Of a stretch of 64,000 bases of DNA, positions 1-10,089 are shown piece by piece (the stretch's first letter is position 1; every line of letters starts with the position of its first letter). The notes under the pieces were generated by a model. The model was not told where the DNA came from. It saw only the letters and a program-made list of their open reading frames with translations, and did not search any database. Source of the stretch: an uncultured Candidatus Saccharibacteria bacterium (GTDB lineage Bacteria; Patescibacteriota; Minisyncoccia; Phycocordibacterales; XYD1-FULL-46-19); contig CAYHFD010000001.1 of NCBI GenBank assembly GCA_964355855.1, positions 9,921 through 73,920 on the forward strand, read 5' to 3'. Position numbers and translations under genes: made by a program.

Positions 1-336
1 GTTGGCTAAAGCCCCTAGACACACCACGCGAATACCCTCCAGCAAAAAGCTATATATAGTATTAACCAGGCCAGCTGGACCAACCGATTCATAACCCTTC
101 ACAAAAATACCAGAATATTCATACTCACCTGGACCATCAATAATAAAAGGTTCTTTACCGCCACCGGTTAGACCAGTCACACCATTAAACAAATCATCAT
201 GACAACTAGAAATTGCCAAATCAGCCCCGAAACGAGCTGACTTATTGTTAGCACTTTTACCGATCGGATTTACCGCTACTACCGTGTCACCAAAAGAGAC
301 CTTCAAAAAAGCCTCACCATAATATGTGATAACCAT
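1..336 (-). CDS. MBL-fold metal-dependent hydrolase, N-terminal part (gene runs off window edge)
   Basis: Minus-strand translation from ATG at 334-336 gives MVITYYGEAFLKVSFGDTVVAVNPIG...HDDLFNG...; UPF0173/MBL-like pattern; truncated by window start. Confidence 0.45.
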   Translation of the reverse strand, partial: MVITYYGEAFLKVSFGDTVVAVNPIGKSANNKSARFGADLAISSCHDDLFNGVTGLTGGGKEPFIIDGPGEYEYSGIFVKGYESVGPAGLVNTIYSFLLEGIRVVCLGALAN

Positions 337-544
337 TGGTTAATTATAGCAAAAAGTTAAACAAATTGAAAGCCTGGAGCTGACCATTTCACTGGTTGCC
401 AAAGGCTAATTTTTATGTAATACTTTGGCCTATTACCAGTCCTGTTATTGGTCAGGTGGCATAAAACCCAGATGTTTTGTCCCACTAAAACCAGCAGGGT
501 CCATGTCAATTAAACATTGAGTTGGGCTAATTCATAAAATAATA

Positions 545-1756
545 ATGAAAGAAAAGGATAATGTAGTCGATGGTTTAACGACCACGCCGATTGATGGTGG
601 AGTAAAAAGTAAAAGTTCGCCAGCCATGGAAGAGGTGGCCAGATTGTCTCTAGGCAAGCCTGCCCCCGAAACCCTAATTGATGGTCGAGTAATTTCCAAA
701 GAAAAAAAGGCTTTGTATGTAGATATTGCACCGTTTGGTACCGGTATAATTTTTGGGCGTGAATATCTAAATGCCCGCGATATTATCAAAAAAATAAGCC
801 TTGGTGACACGGTCACCGCCAAGGTGGTTGAGTCTGAAGGAGAAAATGGTTATATTGAGCTATCTCTAAAGGAAGCCAAGCAGGCTATTATGTGGGATGC
901 GGCTGAAAAGTCGATGAAGCATAAAGAAATGTTTTCTATTACAGTTAAAGAAGCCAATAAGGGCGGTTTGATTCTCGAGTGGCAAGGCATGGATGGTTTC
1001 GTCCCAGCTTCGCAACTAAAACCAGAGCACTATCCCCGCGTTCCCGATGGTGATAAGGACAAAATTGTTGGTGAACTAGAAAAATTGGTTGGTACTCAAA
1101 TTGAGGTCACAATTATTGGTATTGACCCGAAAGAGGGTAAACTTATCTTTTCTGAAAAAACAACCGACAATAAATCGCGCAAAGAAATTGTCGATAAATA
1201 TGTCGTCGGTGATGTTGTCGAGGGTGAAGTTACCGGCGCTGTCGATTTTGGAATTTTTATTAAAATTGAAGAAGGTTTAGAGGGTTTGGTGCACATTTCC
1301 GAATTAAACTGGTCATTAGTCGAAGACCCGCGCGACCTTTATAAAACTGGCGACAAGGTGCGAGCTAAAATTATCGAAGTTAAGGACGACAAAATCTCTC
1401 TTTCGGTCAAAGCCCTAAAACCAAACCCTTGGCACGAAGCCGAGAAAAAATGGAAACGGGGTGATGTGGTCTCTGGTATTGTTATTAAGTACAACAAACA
1501 CGGCGCACTGGTGGCTATTGAAGAGGGAGTGGCCGGTTTAATTCACATCTCTGAATTTACTGATGAAAATGACTTGCGAACCAAACTTGAACTAGGTAAA
1601 CCATATACTTTTACCATCAACTTGTTTGAGCCTAAAGATCAGCGCATGACTTTAGTGTTTGGTGATAAACAAAAAGAAGTGCTGGCTACTCCAGAAAAAC
1701 CAAAAACTAGAAGTCGCGTCAAAAAAGAAGAGCCGGCGACAACGGAAGCTAAGTAA
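545..1756 (+). CDS. rpsA: 30S ribosomal protein S1-like (four S1 RNA-binding domains)
   Basis: 403 aa with repeated S1-domain signatures (GxxVxGxV...G..GL.HISE); followed by intrinsic terminator. Confidence 0.8.
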   Translation: MKEKDNVVDGLTTTPIDGGVKSKSSPAMEEVARLSLGKPAPETLIDGRVISKEKKALYVDIAPFGTGIIFGREYLNARDIIKKISLGDTVTAKVVESEGENGYIELSLKEAKQAIMWDAAEKSMKHKEMFSITVKEANKGGLILEWQGMDGFVPASQLKPEHYPRVPDGDKDKIVGELEKLVGTQIEVTIIGIDPKEGKLIFSEKTTDNKSRKEIVDKYVVGDVVEGEVTGAVDFGIFIKIEEGLEGLVHISELNWSLVEDPRDLYKTGDKVRAKIIEVKDDKISLSVKALKPNPWHEAEKKWKRGDVVSGIVIKYNKHGALVAIEEGVAGLIHISEFTDENDLRTKLELGKPYTFTINLFEPKDQRMTLVFGDKQKEVLATPEKPKTRSRVKKEEPATTEAK

Positions 1757-1771
1757 TAAGAGCCTTCCCCC

Positions 1772-1806
1772 AAAAAACCCGCTTAGATAATGGCGGGTTT
1801 TTTGGT
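1772..1806. terminator. bidirectional intrinsic terminator between rpsA (+) and pth (-)
   Basis: AAAACCCGC-TTAGATAATG-GCGGGTTTT hairpin with flanking A/T runs. Confidence 0.7.
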
Positions 1807-1813
1807 GGGACAA

Positions 1814-2431
1814 CTAGTGATTATATTTATTCATCGCCAGCGCTAGCCCCTCGCGAACAATTGTTTCAATAATTAATGGCAATTTGTCCTTACTTTTATC
1901 AACTAATAACTTTTCATTTGGGGTAAAAGATTCTAAAACATGTTGGGTAATAGCTTTAGTATCCCGACCAACACCCAAACGGACGCGAACAAAATCTTTG
2001 GTTCCAATTGCATTTATGATGGAACTCACACCATTGTGTCCACCCGCTCCCCGATCTTGTGATAACCGAACTGTGCCAACCGGCAAATCAATATCATCGT
2101 GCACCACTATTAGTTGCGGTAATTTAGCTTGATAACGCAAATATTTTCTAACACTTTGGCCCGATAAATTCATAAAAGTTTGGGGTAATATTAGTGTTAC
2201 CATTTTGCCAGCCACTACGCCTTGAGAAATCAAAGCCTCGGCCTTGCGATTCTCTGTCCACTCGGAAAAATTAGAATTTTTGGCCTGCACCCTAAAGACG
2301 GCCTCTCTTCCGGTATTATGTCTAGTTTTTTCGTATTTTTTACCCGGATTTCCTAGACCAATCACCAAACAAGAAGGTCCCGTGGACTCGGTTTCTTCTT
2401 TTTGTCCCCAAATTTTTTGCCAAATATTCAT
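1814..2431 (-). CDS. pth: peptidyl-tRNA hydrolase
   Basis: LVIGLGNPGKKYEKTRHNTG motif; start taken at internal MNIWQK (upstream part of the long ORF is probably non-coding). Confidence 0.9.
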   Translation of the reverse strand: MNIWQKIWGQKEETESTGPSCLVIGLGNPGKKYEKTRHNTGREAVFRVQAKNSNFSEWTENRKAEALISQGVVAGKMVTLILPQTFMNLSGQSVRKYLRYQAKLPQLIVVHDDIDLPVGTVRLSQDRGAGGHNGVSSIINAIGTKDFVRVRLGVGRDTKAITQHVLESFTPNEKLLVDKSKDKLPLIIETIVREGLALAMNKYNH

Positions 2432-2533
2432 GTCTATAAGTAAGATTAAATTATACGATTTTTGTGAAGTTGCGTCAAAGTATAGTTTATAGTACAATTA
2501 CCCCACTTTGCAACTAATTTAGTCATATTTTAC

Positions 2534-3100
2534 ATGCCAGAAAACAACAAACAGACAGTTTTTGACATTATTCGTTTTGCTCTTATCACCCTTATTATTG
2601 TTATCCCTGTTCGAGCCTATGTGGCCCAGCCTTTTATTGTCTCTGGGGTGTCGATGGACCCCACTTTCGAGAATGGTGAGTATTTAATCGTCGATGAATT
2701 TTCTTATCACTTTCGAACGCCTGAACGAGGCGAGGTAATAGTTTTTCGTTACCCCAAAGACCCATCTAAATTTTTTATTAAACGGGTTATTGGTCTGCCG
2801 GGGGAAACAGTGGAAATTGAAAATGACCACGTGTCAGTTGTTGGCACAAACAATGTTGATGTTGTCCTAGACGAACCCTATCTTACTGTCCCTCCTTTAT
2901 ATGTTCCCAAATCTATAAAGCTTGGTGCAACAGAATATTTTGTGATGGGCGACAACCGCAGTATGAGTCTCGACTCTCGTTCGTGGGGCCCAGTCACCAT
3001 TCAACATATCAAGGGTCGAGTGGGAGTAAGACTTTTTCCCATCACTGAGGCCGAAATTTTACCAGGTGACTACAGTAATCAGATTAAAACCACAAAATAA
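2534..3100 (+). CDS. lepB: signal peptidase I
   Basis: N-terminal TM, SMDPTF / VIVFRYPKDPSKFFIKRVIGLPGE / GDNRSMSLDSRSWG boxes. Confidence 0.85.
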   Translation: MPENNKQTVFDIIRFALITLIIVIPVRAYVAQPFIVSGVSMDPTFENGEYLIVDEFSYHFRTPERGEVIVFRYPKDPSKFFIKRVIGLPGETVEIENDHVSVVGTNNVDVVLDEPYLTVPPLYVPKSIKLGATEYFVMGDNRSMSLDSRSWGPVTIQHIKGRVGVRLFPITEAEILPGDYSNQIKTTK

Positions 3101-3101
3101 T

Positions 3102-4406
3102 ATGCCTACCAGCAAAAAAGGCGTGGGATCAAATAAGGAAGAACTGCAAAGCCCTAAAGGTATGAGGGATTTAATTGGCAATGATCTTTTACACTACCAA
3201 GGTTTTTTTGAAAAGGCCGCCGAAATTGCTTTATATTATGGCTTTACCCCTATTGAAACTCCAATCCTTGAAAAAGAGTCGCTATTTATTCGTGGCGTTG
3301 GTGATGGTACCGATATTGTCGACAAAGAAATGTACACCCTAAAAACTCGCGGGGGCGATCGCTTGGCTCTGCGACCAGAATTTACCGCTTCGGTTATGCG
3401 CGCCTATTTTGAACACGGTATGCAATCTAAACCTCAACCGGTCATGCTTTATAGTCACGGACCGCTCTTTCGTCATGACAACCCCCAACGTGGTCGCTAT
3501 CGCCAACTCTACCAATTTAATTTAGAAATACTTGGCAGTAAAAAAAGTATCGCCGATGCAACTATTATAAAAATAGCTTCGCTTATTCTAACTGAAGTTG
3601 GCCTAAAAAATCACACTGTTCTTATAAATAGCATCGGCGACAAAGAATCCCAAATTGCTTACCGGCGTGAACTTGTGGCCTACTATCGTAAACACACCAA
3701 AACTATTTGTGCTGACTGCCGTGAACGTCTAAAGATCAATCCCCTCCGTTTATTGGATTGTAAAAACCCCAAATGTGCTGAAATTAAAAATGAAGCACCG
3801 GAAACTATCGCCTACCTTTCCACGGAAAGCAAAGCCCATTTCAAAGAAGTTTTGGAATATCTAGATTCAATGGAAATAAATTACACTATTTCCAGCACCT
3901 TGGTTCGGGGACTCGATTATTACACCCACACTGTTTTTGAAATAGTACCAGAAACGACTGGCGACGAAACACCTTTATCTTTAGGTGGTGGTGGTCGCTA
4001 TGACTATCTAGGTAAAATCCTATCCGGTAAAAAAGATGTTCCCGGTATGGGTATGGCCATTGGGGTTGATCGAGTTATGGAAACCCCGGGTTATTCTTTT
4101 CCCACCCCACGGATTGTTAAAAAACCTAAAGTATTTTTCATTCAGTTGTCGTTTGACGCCAAACTACGTTGTTTTGAAATTATTGAGATATTACGCAAAG
4201 CCAAAATACCTATCGCCCAATCTTTGACCAAAGATTCCCTATCAGCCCAACTTGGCACAGCCGAAAAATTGGGGGTAGCTTACGCTTTGATTTTGGGTCA
4301 AAAAGAGGCCCTAGAAGGCACTGTGATTGTCCGTAACATGGATACCCGCTCTCAAGATACAATTAAAATGGACAAATTGGCTGACTACCTAAAAAAAATA
4401 AAATAG
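3102..4406 (+). CDS. hisS: histidyl-tRNA synthetase (class II)
   Basis: GMRDLIG, TPIETPILE, YTLKTRGGDRLALRPEFTA, RHDNPQRGRYRQLYQFNLEILG motifs; start at MPTSKKG after lepB stop. Confidence 0.9.
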   Translation: MPTSKKGVGSNKEELQSPKGMRDLIGNDLLHYQGFFEKAAEIALYYGFTPIETPILEKESLFIRGVGDGTDIVDKEMYTLKTRGGDRLALRPEFTASVMRAYFEHGMQSKPQPVMLYSHGPLFRHDNPQRGRYRQLYQFNLEILGSKKSIADATIIKIASLILTEVGLKNHTVLINSIGDKESQIAYRRELVAYYRKHTKTICADCRERLKINPLRLLDCKNPKCAEIKNEAPETIAYLSTESKAHFKEVLEYLDSMEINYTISSTLVRGLDYYTHTVFEIVPETTGDETPLSLGGGGRYDYLGKILSGKKDVPGMGMAIGVDRVMETPGYSFPTPRIVKKPKVFFIQLSFDAKLRCFEIIEILRKAKIPIAQSLTKDSLSAQLGTAEKLGVAYALILGQKEALEGTVIVRNMDTRSQDTIKMDKLADYLKKIK

Positions 4407-4446
4407 TCTTGCGTGTTTTTTATTCGTGTGCTAAACTCAGCGACAC

Positions 4447-4683
4447 ATGGTTATTGTACAAGTTGAAAAAAATTCCAGCGAATCTAATGCTAGCCTCTTG
4501 CGACGGTTTTCTAAACGCGTCAAAAGTTTGGGCCATCTCCAGCTCGTTCGGACCATCCGTTACTCCAGTCGAGTTAAATCGGACCTGAAAAAAAAGCAAG
4601 ATAAACTAAAGCGCATCGCTAAATATCAAAAACTCCAACTAGACAAAAAGCACGGTAAAATCAAAGATGCTTTCTATCGCTAA
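4447..4683 (+). CDS. rpsU: 30S ribosomal protein S21
   Basis: 78 aa basic protein; V.V..NES.ESALRRF.K......R.RRYS pattern typical of S21. Confidence 0.65.
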   Translation: MVIVQVEKNSSESNASLLRRFSKRVKSLGHLQLVRTIRYSSRVKSDLKKKQDKLKRIAKYQKLQLDKKHGKIKDAFYR

Positions 4684-5068
4684 CAAGACAAGGCAGCCCC
4701 TACCCCGGCTGCCTTTTACCGACATTGCCGACCAAACTGCTGGAAAAAACTACATTTTAAGTTTAGTGTTTGTCGGTAGTACCACCGCCAAAAAACTAAA
4801 TCAGACTTACCGCCAAAAAAATTATATTCCAAATGTTTTGTCTTTCCCTTTGTCTAAAAATGAGGGCGAGATTTTTTTAAATCTTGCTTGTGCTAAACGA
4901 GAATATAAAAATTATGGATTATCTTACAAGAAATATATAGCTTATCTCTTTATTCACGGCCTACTTCATTTGAAAGGATACTCACATGGTAGTACAATGG
5001 ACATTAAGGAGCGTTCATTAATACAGCGCTTTCATCTTAATGACCAGAAACATCGTCACCGGCCTTGA
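4667..5068 (+). CDS. ybeY: rRNA maturation endoribonuclease YbeY
   Basis: HGLLHLKGYSHG metal-binding H..H.....H motif of the YbeY family. Confidence 0.8.
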   Translation: MLSIANKTRQPLPRLPFTDIADQTAGKNYILSLVFVGSTTAKKLNQTYRQKNYIPNVLSFPLSKNEGEIFLNLACAKREYKNYGLSYKKYIAYLFIHGLLHLKGYSHGSTMDIKERSLIQRFHLNDQKHRHRP

Positions 5069-6203
5069 TATTGGAACTGCCAGCATTAGGATTGTGGTCT
5101 GTGAATACAAAAACGGAAGCGCTGTGCCACAAGTCCTAGCCCTAGTTAAAAAAAATTCCCGCGGTCTTCGCCGTGGTTATATTTTGCAGTTTGACGAAGC
5201 GGTCGCGAGTATTAAAGAAGCCCTACAAGAAGCAGAGAGAGTGGCTGGTTGTAAAATTAAACAGGTTATCCTTGGTGTTGGCGGTGCCACCCTTGAATCA
5301 AAAATTATTGAGGGAGGGGTTATTGTCTCACGGGCCGATTCAGAAATAAACACCAATGATATTAATCGAGCCATTGAAGCCAGTGAAGCCGGCCTACCAG
5401 ATACCGCCAACAAGTCTATTATTCACCGTGTTCCAATTGCTTTTAAACTTGACGGTAAACGAGTCACCGGTAGACCAGAGGGACTAAAAGGTTCTAAACT
5501 AGAAGCCCAAATTTTGTTTGTAACTTATGCGTCAAACCATTTACGTGATTTTATTTCGGCGGTAGAAAGCGCTGGGGCCAGGGTGGATGATATCGCGGCC
5601 GCTCCTTTAGCTGCTAGTCTAGCTATCACCACTAAACTACAAAAAACCGCTGGCTGCGTGCTAGCTAATATTGGTTCGCAAACAACCTCTATTATAATTT
5701 TTGAAGAGGGTTTACCTCTTTCTTTAAAAGTATTTCCTATTGGTTCGACCGATATCACCAACGACATCGCCTTGGGCTTTCAAATTCCCCTCGAAGACGC
5801 TGAAAAAGTAAAAATAGGAGACATTGACGCCTCTATTCCCCAAAAAAAATTAGATGAAATTATTGAAGCCCGCTTGTCAGATATTTTTGAATTTATCGAA
5901 AATCATTTGAAAAGGTTGGGCCGCAACGGACTCCTCCCGGCTGGTATTATTATTACCGGCGGTGGGTCCGGTATTACCGAAATTGAACAGTTAGCTAAAG
6001 ATTATTTTAAACTCCCCGCCCGAGTCTCTATCCCAGCCGTGTCCACTGCCTCCAGAAACCAAATTCGCGAAACCGCTTGGTCGGTGGCTTATGGTCTCTG
6101 TTTGTTTGGGGCCGATTTTGAGGCCGAAGAATCATTGGGTCTGAAAATTGCTAAAACCACGAGACTAAACATCCTAAGGTGGATCAAAGAACTTTTGCCT
6201 TAA
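5040..6203 (+). CDS. ftsA: cell division protein FtsA (actin-like ATPase)
   Basis: IVTGLDIGTASIRIVV N-terminal phosphate-1 motif, IITGGGSG; directly upstream of ftsZ. Confidence 0.8.
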   Translation: MTRNIVTGLDIGTASIRIVVCEYKNGSAVPQVLALVKKNSRGLRRGYILQFDEAVASIKEALQEAERVAGCKIKQVILGVGGATLESKIIEGGVIVSRADSEINTNDINRAIEASEAGLPDTANKSIIHRVPIAFKLDGKRVTGRPEGLKGSKLEAQILFVTYASNHLRDFISAVESAGARVDDIAAAPLAASLAITTKLQKTAGCVLANIGSQTTSIIIFEEGLPLSLKVFPIGSTDITNDIALGFQIPLEDAEKVKIGDIDASIPQKKLDEIIEARLSDIFEFIENHLKRLGRNGLLPAGIIITGGGSGITEIEQLAKDYFKLPARVSIPAVSTASRNQIRETAWSVAYGLCLFGADFEAEESLGLKIAKTTRLNILRWIKELLP

Positions 6204-6308
6204 ATTATATCCTTTGCCGACCAAAAAACCCGCTTTTTTTAATGGTTTGCTTTTTTAGTAGAGTTTGTTAACATTGAAACTATATTTCACTAAATAACCG
6301 ACTTTTTC

Positions 6309-7478
6309 ATGGCCAAAATTCAACCGGAAATCGAAGCATTTGCCCGCATTAAAGTTATTGGGGTTGGTGGTTCTGGTACCAATGCAGTCAACCACATGGT
6401 CAACGCCAAGGTACGTGGTGTCGAATTTGTCGCTATGAACACTGACGCCCAGCATCTGCACGCTTCGGTTTCTCAAAAAAAGGTTCACATTGGTAAAAAC
6501 TTAACTCGTGGTCTGGGTACTGGTATGGATCCAGAAATCGGTCGTAAGGCCGCCGAAGAAAGTTTAGAGGATATTCAAAATGTCATCAAGGGGGCCGATA
6601 TGGTGTTTGTTTCTGGTGGTCTTGGAGGTGGTACTGGCACCGGTGCCATGCCCGTCATTGCTCGCACCGCTAAAGAACAGGGTGCATTAACAGTGGCCGT
6701 AGTCACCAAACCTTTTATTTTTGAGGGTAAACATCGCATGGCCCTAGCTGAACGCGGTATGTTGGAACTGCAAAAAGAGGTTGACGCAGTAATCGTTATC
6801 CCTAACGACCGCCTTTTAGGCATAATTTCCAAAGACACCACTGCCGAGCACGCTTTTGCGATGTGTGATGAAATTTTGCGCCAAGCCGTCGAGGGTATTT
6901 CGAATATTATAACCATTCCGGGTATTATTAATGTTGATTTCGCCGACATTCGAGCTATTATGCAAAATGCTGGCTCCGCCCTTATGGGTATTGGCAATGC
7001 TTCTGGAGAAAACCGCGCTGTCGAGGCCGCTCGCAATGCCATCAACTCGCCTCTCTTAGACCTATCGGTGGACGGTGCCAAAGGTGTACTGTTTACCATT
7101 GCCGGTGGTTCTGATATGACAATGTTTGAAATTCAAGAAGCCGCCAAAGTTATTACCGAATCGATTGATCCTGACGCCAAAGTTATTTTTGGTGCTATTC
7201 ATGACGACAAACTCAAAAAATCAGAGATTAGAGTTACGGTTATTGCTTGCGGTTTTCCCGAATCACAGAAAAAGAAAGGTGGCTTGTTTGGTTTTGATTC
7301 AAATAACAAAGAGACCGAAGTCGCCAAGGAACGTTCAAATGGTGTTCCACCCTCAACAACCCTGCGCCAGACACCTCCTCGTACCCAGGTAATTGAGCCC
7401 GAGAATCAATCTGATGGCGACGACGAAGACGATTGGTCATCTATCCCCGCTTTTTTAAGACGAGGAAATAAAAAATAG
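6309..7478 (+). CDS. ftsZ: cell division GTPase FtsZ
   Basis: IKVIGVGGSGTNAVNHM and GGGTGTG tubulin signature, acidic/basic C-terminal tail. Confidence 0.95.
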   Translation: MAKIQPEIEAFARIKVIGVGGSGTNAVNHMVNAKVRGVEFVAMNTDAQHLHASVSQKKVHIGKNLTRGLGTGMDPEIGRKAAEESLEDIQNVIKGADMVFVSGGLGGGTGTGAMPVIARTAKEQGALTVAVVTKPFIFEGKHRMALAERGMLELQKEVDAVIVIPNDRLLGIISKDTTAEHAFAMCDEILRQAVEGISNIITIPGIINVDFADIRAIMQNAGSALMGIGNASGENRAVEAARNAINSPLLDLSVDGAKGVLFTIAGGSDMTMFEIQEAAKVITESIDPDAKVIFGAIHDDKLKKSEIRVTVIACGFPESQKKKGGLFGFDSNNKETEVAKERSNGVPPSTTLRQTPPRTQVIEPENQSDGDDEDDWSSIPAFLRRGNKK

Positions 7479-7554
7479 GAATTAGTATTTAGTATATTGT
7501 ATTTAGGATAATTGGAATTTCATACTATATACTCTATACTACATACATATTTTT

Positions 7555-8487
7555 ATGACCTACGACCTCATCATCATCGGGGGCGGACCCGCGGGAGTTT
7601 CGGCTGGGGTATATTCGGCCCGTAAAAAACTAACCACTTTAGTTCTCACTCCCGACTTTGGCGGTCAATCGGCTGTCTCCCCCGATATTCACAACTGGAT
7701 CGGTACCAAGTCTATTTCGGGAACCGACTTGGCTAAATCACTAGAAAACCATTTGCGGGCCTACGAAGGCCCGGATTGTGTCATTCAGACCGGTCAGGCC
7801 GGCCGAGTGGTTGGTCTAGACAAGTCTGATAATATCTTTGTCGTCAAAACAGAGGACGGCCAAAGTACCGAGGGCAAAGCGGTACTAATCACTGCCGGCT
7901 CCATTCGCCGTAAGCTAGCTGTCCCCGGGGCAAGCGAATACGACCAAAAGGGTCTTACCTACTGTGCCACCTGTGATGGCCCGCTGTTTGCCGACCAAGA
8001 TGTCGTCGTGATTGGCGGGGGCAATGCTGGTTTTGAATCGGCCGCTCAACTCTTGGCCTATTGTAAATCGGTCACCCTGCTTCATAAAAATGCCGACTTT
8101 AAAGCTGACAAAATTACCGTGGACAAAGTTTTGGCCAATCCGAAGATGACTGGCATTTTAAATACCGAGATTGTGGAAGTTAAGGGGGACAAATTTGTTA
8201 CCGGCTTGGTTTATAAAGACAAAATTAGTGGTGAAATCAAAGAACTACCCGTCACTGGTATTTTTGTCGAAATTGGTTTTATGCCCAATACGGCCTTTGC
8301 CAAAGATATTTTAGCCACCAACGATTTTGGCGCCATCAAAATCGACGCCCGCAATCAAAGAGCGACGACCGACGGTATCTGGGCCGCCGGTGACTGTACC
8401 GACGCCCTGTACCACCAAAACAATATTGCCGCCGGTGACGCTGTAAAAGCCGTTGAAGATGCCTACCGCTGGTTGCATTTGAAATAA
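7555..8487 (+). CDS. trxB: thioredoxin reductase
   Basis: IIIGGGPAGVSAG FAD motif, CATCDG redox-active disulfide, GGGNAG NADPH motif. Confidence 0.9.
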   Translation: MTYDLIIIGGGPAGVSAGVYSARKKLTTLVLTPDFGGQSAVSPDIHNWIGTKSISGTDLAKSLENHLRAYEGPDCVIQTGQAGRVVGLDKSDNIFVVKTEDGQSTEGKAVLITAGSIRRKLAVPGASEYDQKGLTYCATCDGPLFADQDVVVIGGGNAGFESAAQLLAYCKSVTLLHKNADFKADKITVDKVLANPKMTGILNTEIVEVKGDKFVTGLVYKDKISGEIKELPVTGIFVEIGFMPNTAFAKDILATNDFGAIKIDARNQRATTDGIWAAGDCTDALYHQNNIAAGDAVKAVEDAYRWLHLK

Positions 8488-8533
8488 AGCATCCTCGACT
8501 TGCAACTCAAAATTTGCTAAATTTTACATGTTC

Positions 8534-8610
8534 GGGCGATTAGCTCAGTTGGCTAGAGCGCAGTCTTGACGTGACTGAGGCCACAGGTTCGAGCCCTGTA
8601 TCGCCCACCA
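8534..8610 (+). tRNA. tRNA-Val (anticodon GAC), CCA encoded
   Basis: Cloverleaf folded by hand: acceptor GGGCGAT/ATCGCCC, anticodon stem CAGTC/GACTG, loop TTGACGT, T-arm ACAGG-TTCGAGC-CCTGT. Confidence 0.9.
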
Positions 8611-8624
8611 AACGAAAAACTACA

Positions 8625-8948
8625 ATGAGATTACCCCTTACATATTTTCTGTTACTACCGATTCTTTTTCTCTGTATCGCTTTTGGTGGTAAATACGCCA
8701 TTTTTGTTTTCCTCACACTAGTTTTTCTATTATTTTTAATAGAGGTTAAGGTGAAATATGGAACTTTTACAAAAAAGAACATTATAAAATTCTTTAATAC
8801 CCCAATTATACAAAAAGGTTTTGACGGCGAGACAGTTATCGATAAAAGTCCAAGGGTTTCAATGTTGACAGGTATATTACTTATCTTGGGTGGTACGATA
8901 TTGGTTGTAATCATCCTAACCCTCATTTTCTGGTTTCTTCTTGCGTAG
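8625..8948 (+). CDS. small membrane protein, hypothetical
   Basis: Three hydrophobic segments; start chosen at MRLPLTYF just after the tRNA; weak evidence. Confidence 0.3.
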   Translation: MRLPLTYFLLLPILFLCIAFGGKYAIFVFLTLVFLLFLIEVKVKYGTFTKKNIIKFFNTPIIQKGFDGETVIDKSPRVSMLTGILLILGGTILVVIILTLIFWFLLA

Positions 8949-9122
8949 TTCAAATCCTTAGGTTTTATTTCTGCCTATGGATCAATGAGAAGCATTGTAG
9001 TTTTTTTGCGTTTGTGTGTGCAATAGAGGAGTCGAAGCCAGATTGAAATATTTTATGAGCTTTTGAAATAAAATATCCAATATGAGTACTGGTCGTGTAG
9101 GGACCGAACCCTCTACCACCCG

Positions 9123-9614
9123 CTATTTCAAATAACTATCAAACCAGACCGCGTGGCAGGTGTAGCCACCCGGGTTTTTCTGCAGATAATCTTGATGGTG
9201 GGCTTCCGCTGGGTAGAATTTAGTCAACGGCTCCAAAGTGGTCACCACCGGCCCCGACCAGCGACCAGACTTGTTGACGATATCAATAAATTTTTCGGCT
9301 TCACTTTTTTCTTCATCACTCCCATAAAATATCGCCGAGCGGTAGGAACTGCCTTTATCATTTCCCTGTTGATTTAAAGTGGTTGGATTATGCACCCGAA
9401 AAAAGAAGTCGAGTAAGTTTTTATACGAAGTCTGGGTCAGGTCATATTCTATCTCCACTGCTTCAGCGTGGCCGGTGTGGTTTTGATAGGTCGGATTGGC
9501 CACACTACCTCCGGTATAACCTACTTCAGTATTAATAACCCCTGGTTCTTTTCGAATCAGTTCCTCTAGGCCCCAAAAGCAACCACCCGCCAAAACTATT
9601 TTTTTATTATTCAT
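9123..9614 (-). CDS. msrA: peptide methionine sulfoxide reductase A
   Basis: IVLAGGCFWGLEE catalytic motif. Confidence 0.9.
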   Translation of the reverse strand: MNNKKIVLAGGCFWGLEELIRKEPGVINTEVGYTGGSVANPTYQNHTGHAEAVEIEYDLTQTSYKNLLDFFFRVHNPTTLNQQGNDKGSSYRSAIFYGSDEEKSEAEKFIDIVNKSGRWSGPVVTTLEPLTKFYPAEAHHQDYLQKNPGGYTCHAVWFDSYLK

Positions 9615-9638
9615 ATTATTTACCCATTTCCTTATTCT

Positions 9639-9662
9639 CCTATTCGCGCGAATTAGAGATAT
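9639..9662 (-). repeat. 24-bp motif copy 1 (CCTATTCGCGCGAATTAGAGATAT)
   Basis: Exact copy; supplies last codons and stop of msrB; 26 nt upstream of msrA ATG. Confidence 0.9.
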
Positions 9663-10038
9663 CTTTGACCGAGATATTCTTAGTCACACCCGCTATAAAT
9701 TTCAGCGAAATCGAGTTCACACAATGGCGGATATTTTTGGCGGTTAGATTTTCACCGGTAAACACGTGGCCGAGGTGACCACCACACTTGGCGCAGGTAA
9801 TCTCGGTCCGCCGGCCATCGGCATCAACACTTTTTATTACCGCTCCCGCAATTTCATCATCAAAACTGGGCCAGCCACAATGTGACTCAAATTTATCTTG
9901 CGAATTATAAAGTGGCGCTTCACACTGCCGGCACACATACACCCCCGTGGCTTTATTATTAACATATTCACCCGTAAAAGCCGGCTCAGTGCCTTTATCA
10001 ATGATGACGTGTTTTTCTTGGGAGGTGAGGGGGTGCAT
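9640..10038 (-). CDS. msrB: peptide methionine sulfoxide reductase B (with repeat-derived C-terminal tail)
   Basis: CxxC...CxxC zinc site and HLGHVF / RHCVNS motifs; last 8 codons (DISNSRE-stop) lie inside the 24-bp repeat. Confidence 0.9.
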   Translation of the reverse strand: MHPLTSQEKHVIIDKGTEPAFTGEYVNNKATGVYVCRQCEAPLYNSQDKFESHCGWPSFDDEIAGAVIKSVDADGRRTEITCAKCGGHLGHVFTGENLTAKNIRHCVNSISLKFIAGVTKNISVKDISNSRE

Positions 10039-10089
10039 GGTTCGAATTATGTTAGGTTGGTGGAATTAAAAGATAATAATTAAAACTTT

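Noticed and set aside
8540-8953. 137-aa minus-strand ORF and the extended 125-aa plus-strand ORF overlapping tRNA-Val
   Set aside because: They overlap a confidently folded tRNA. Only the plus-strand part downstream of the tRNA (from MRLPLTYF) is kept, and only as a low-confidence small membrane protein.
9080-9122. tRNA-like hairpin GTAGGGACCGAACCCTCTAC downstream of msrA
   Set aside because: It resembles a T-arm, but no acceptor, D or anticodon arms can be assembled. It is probably a degenerate tRNA remnant or a simple terminator-less hairpin.
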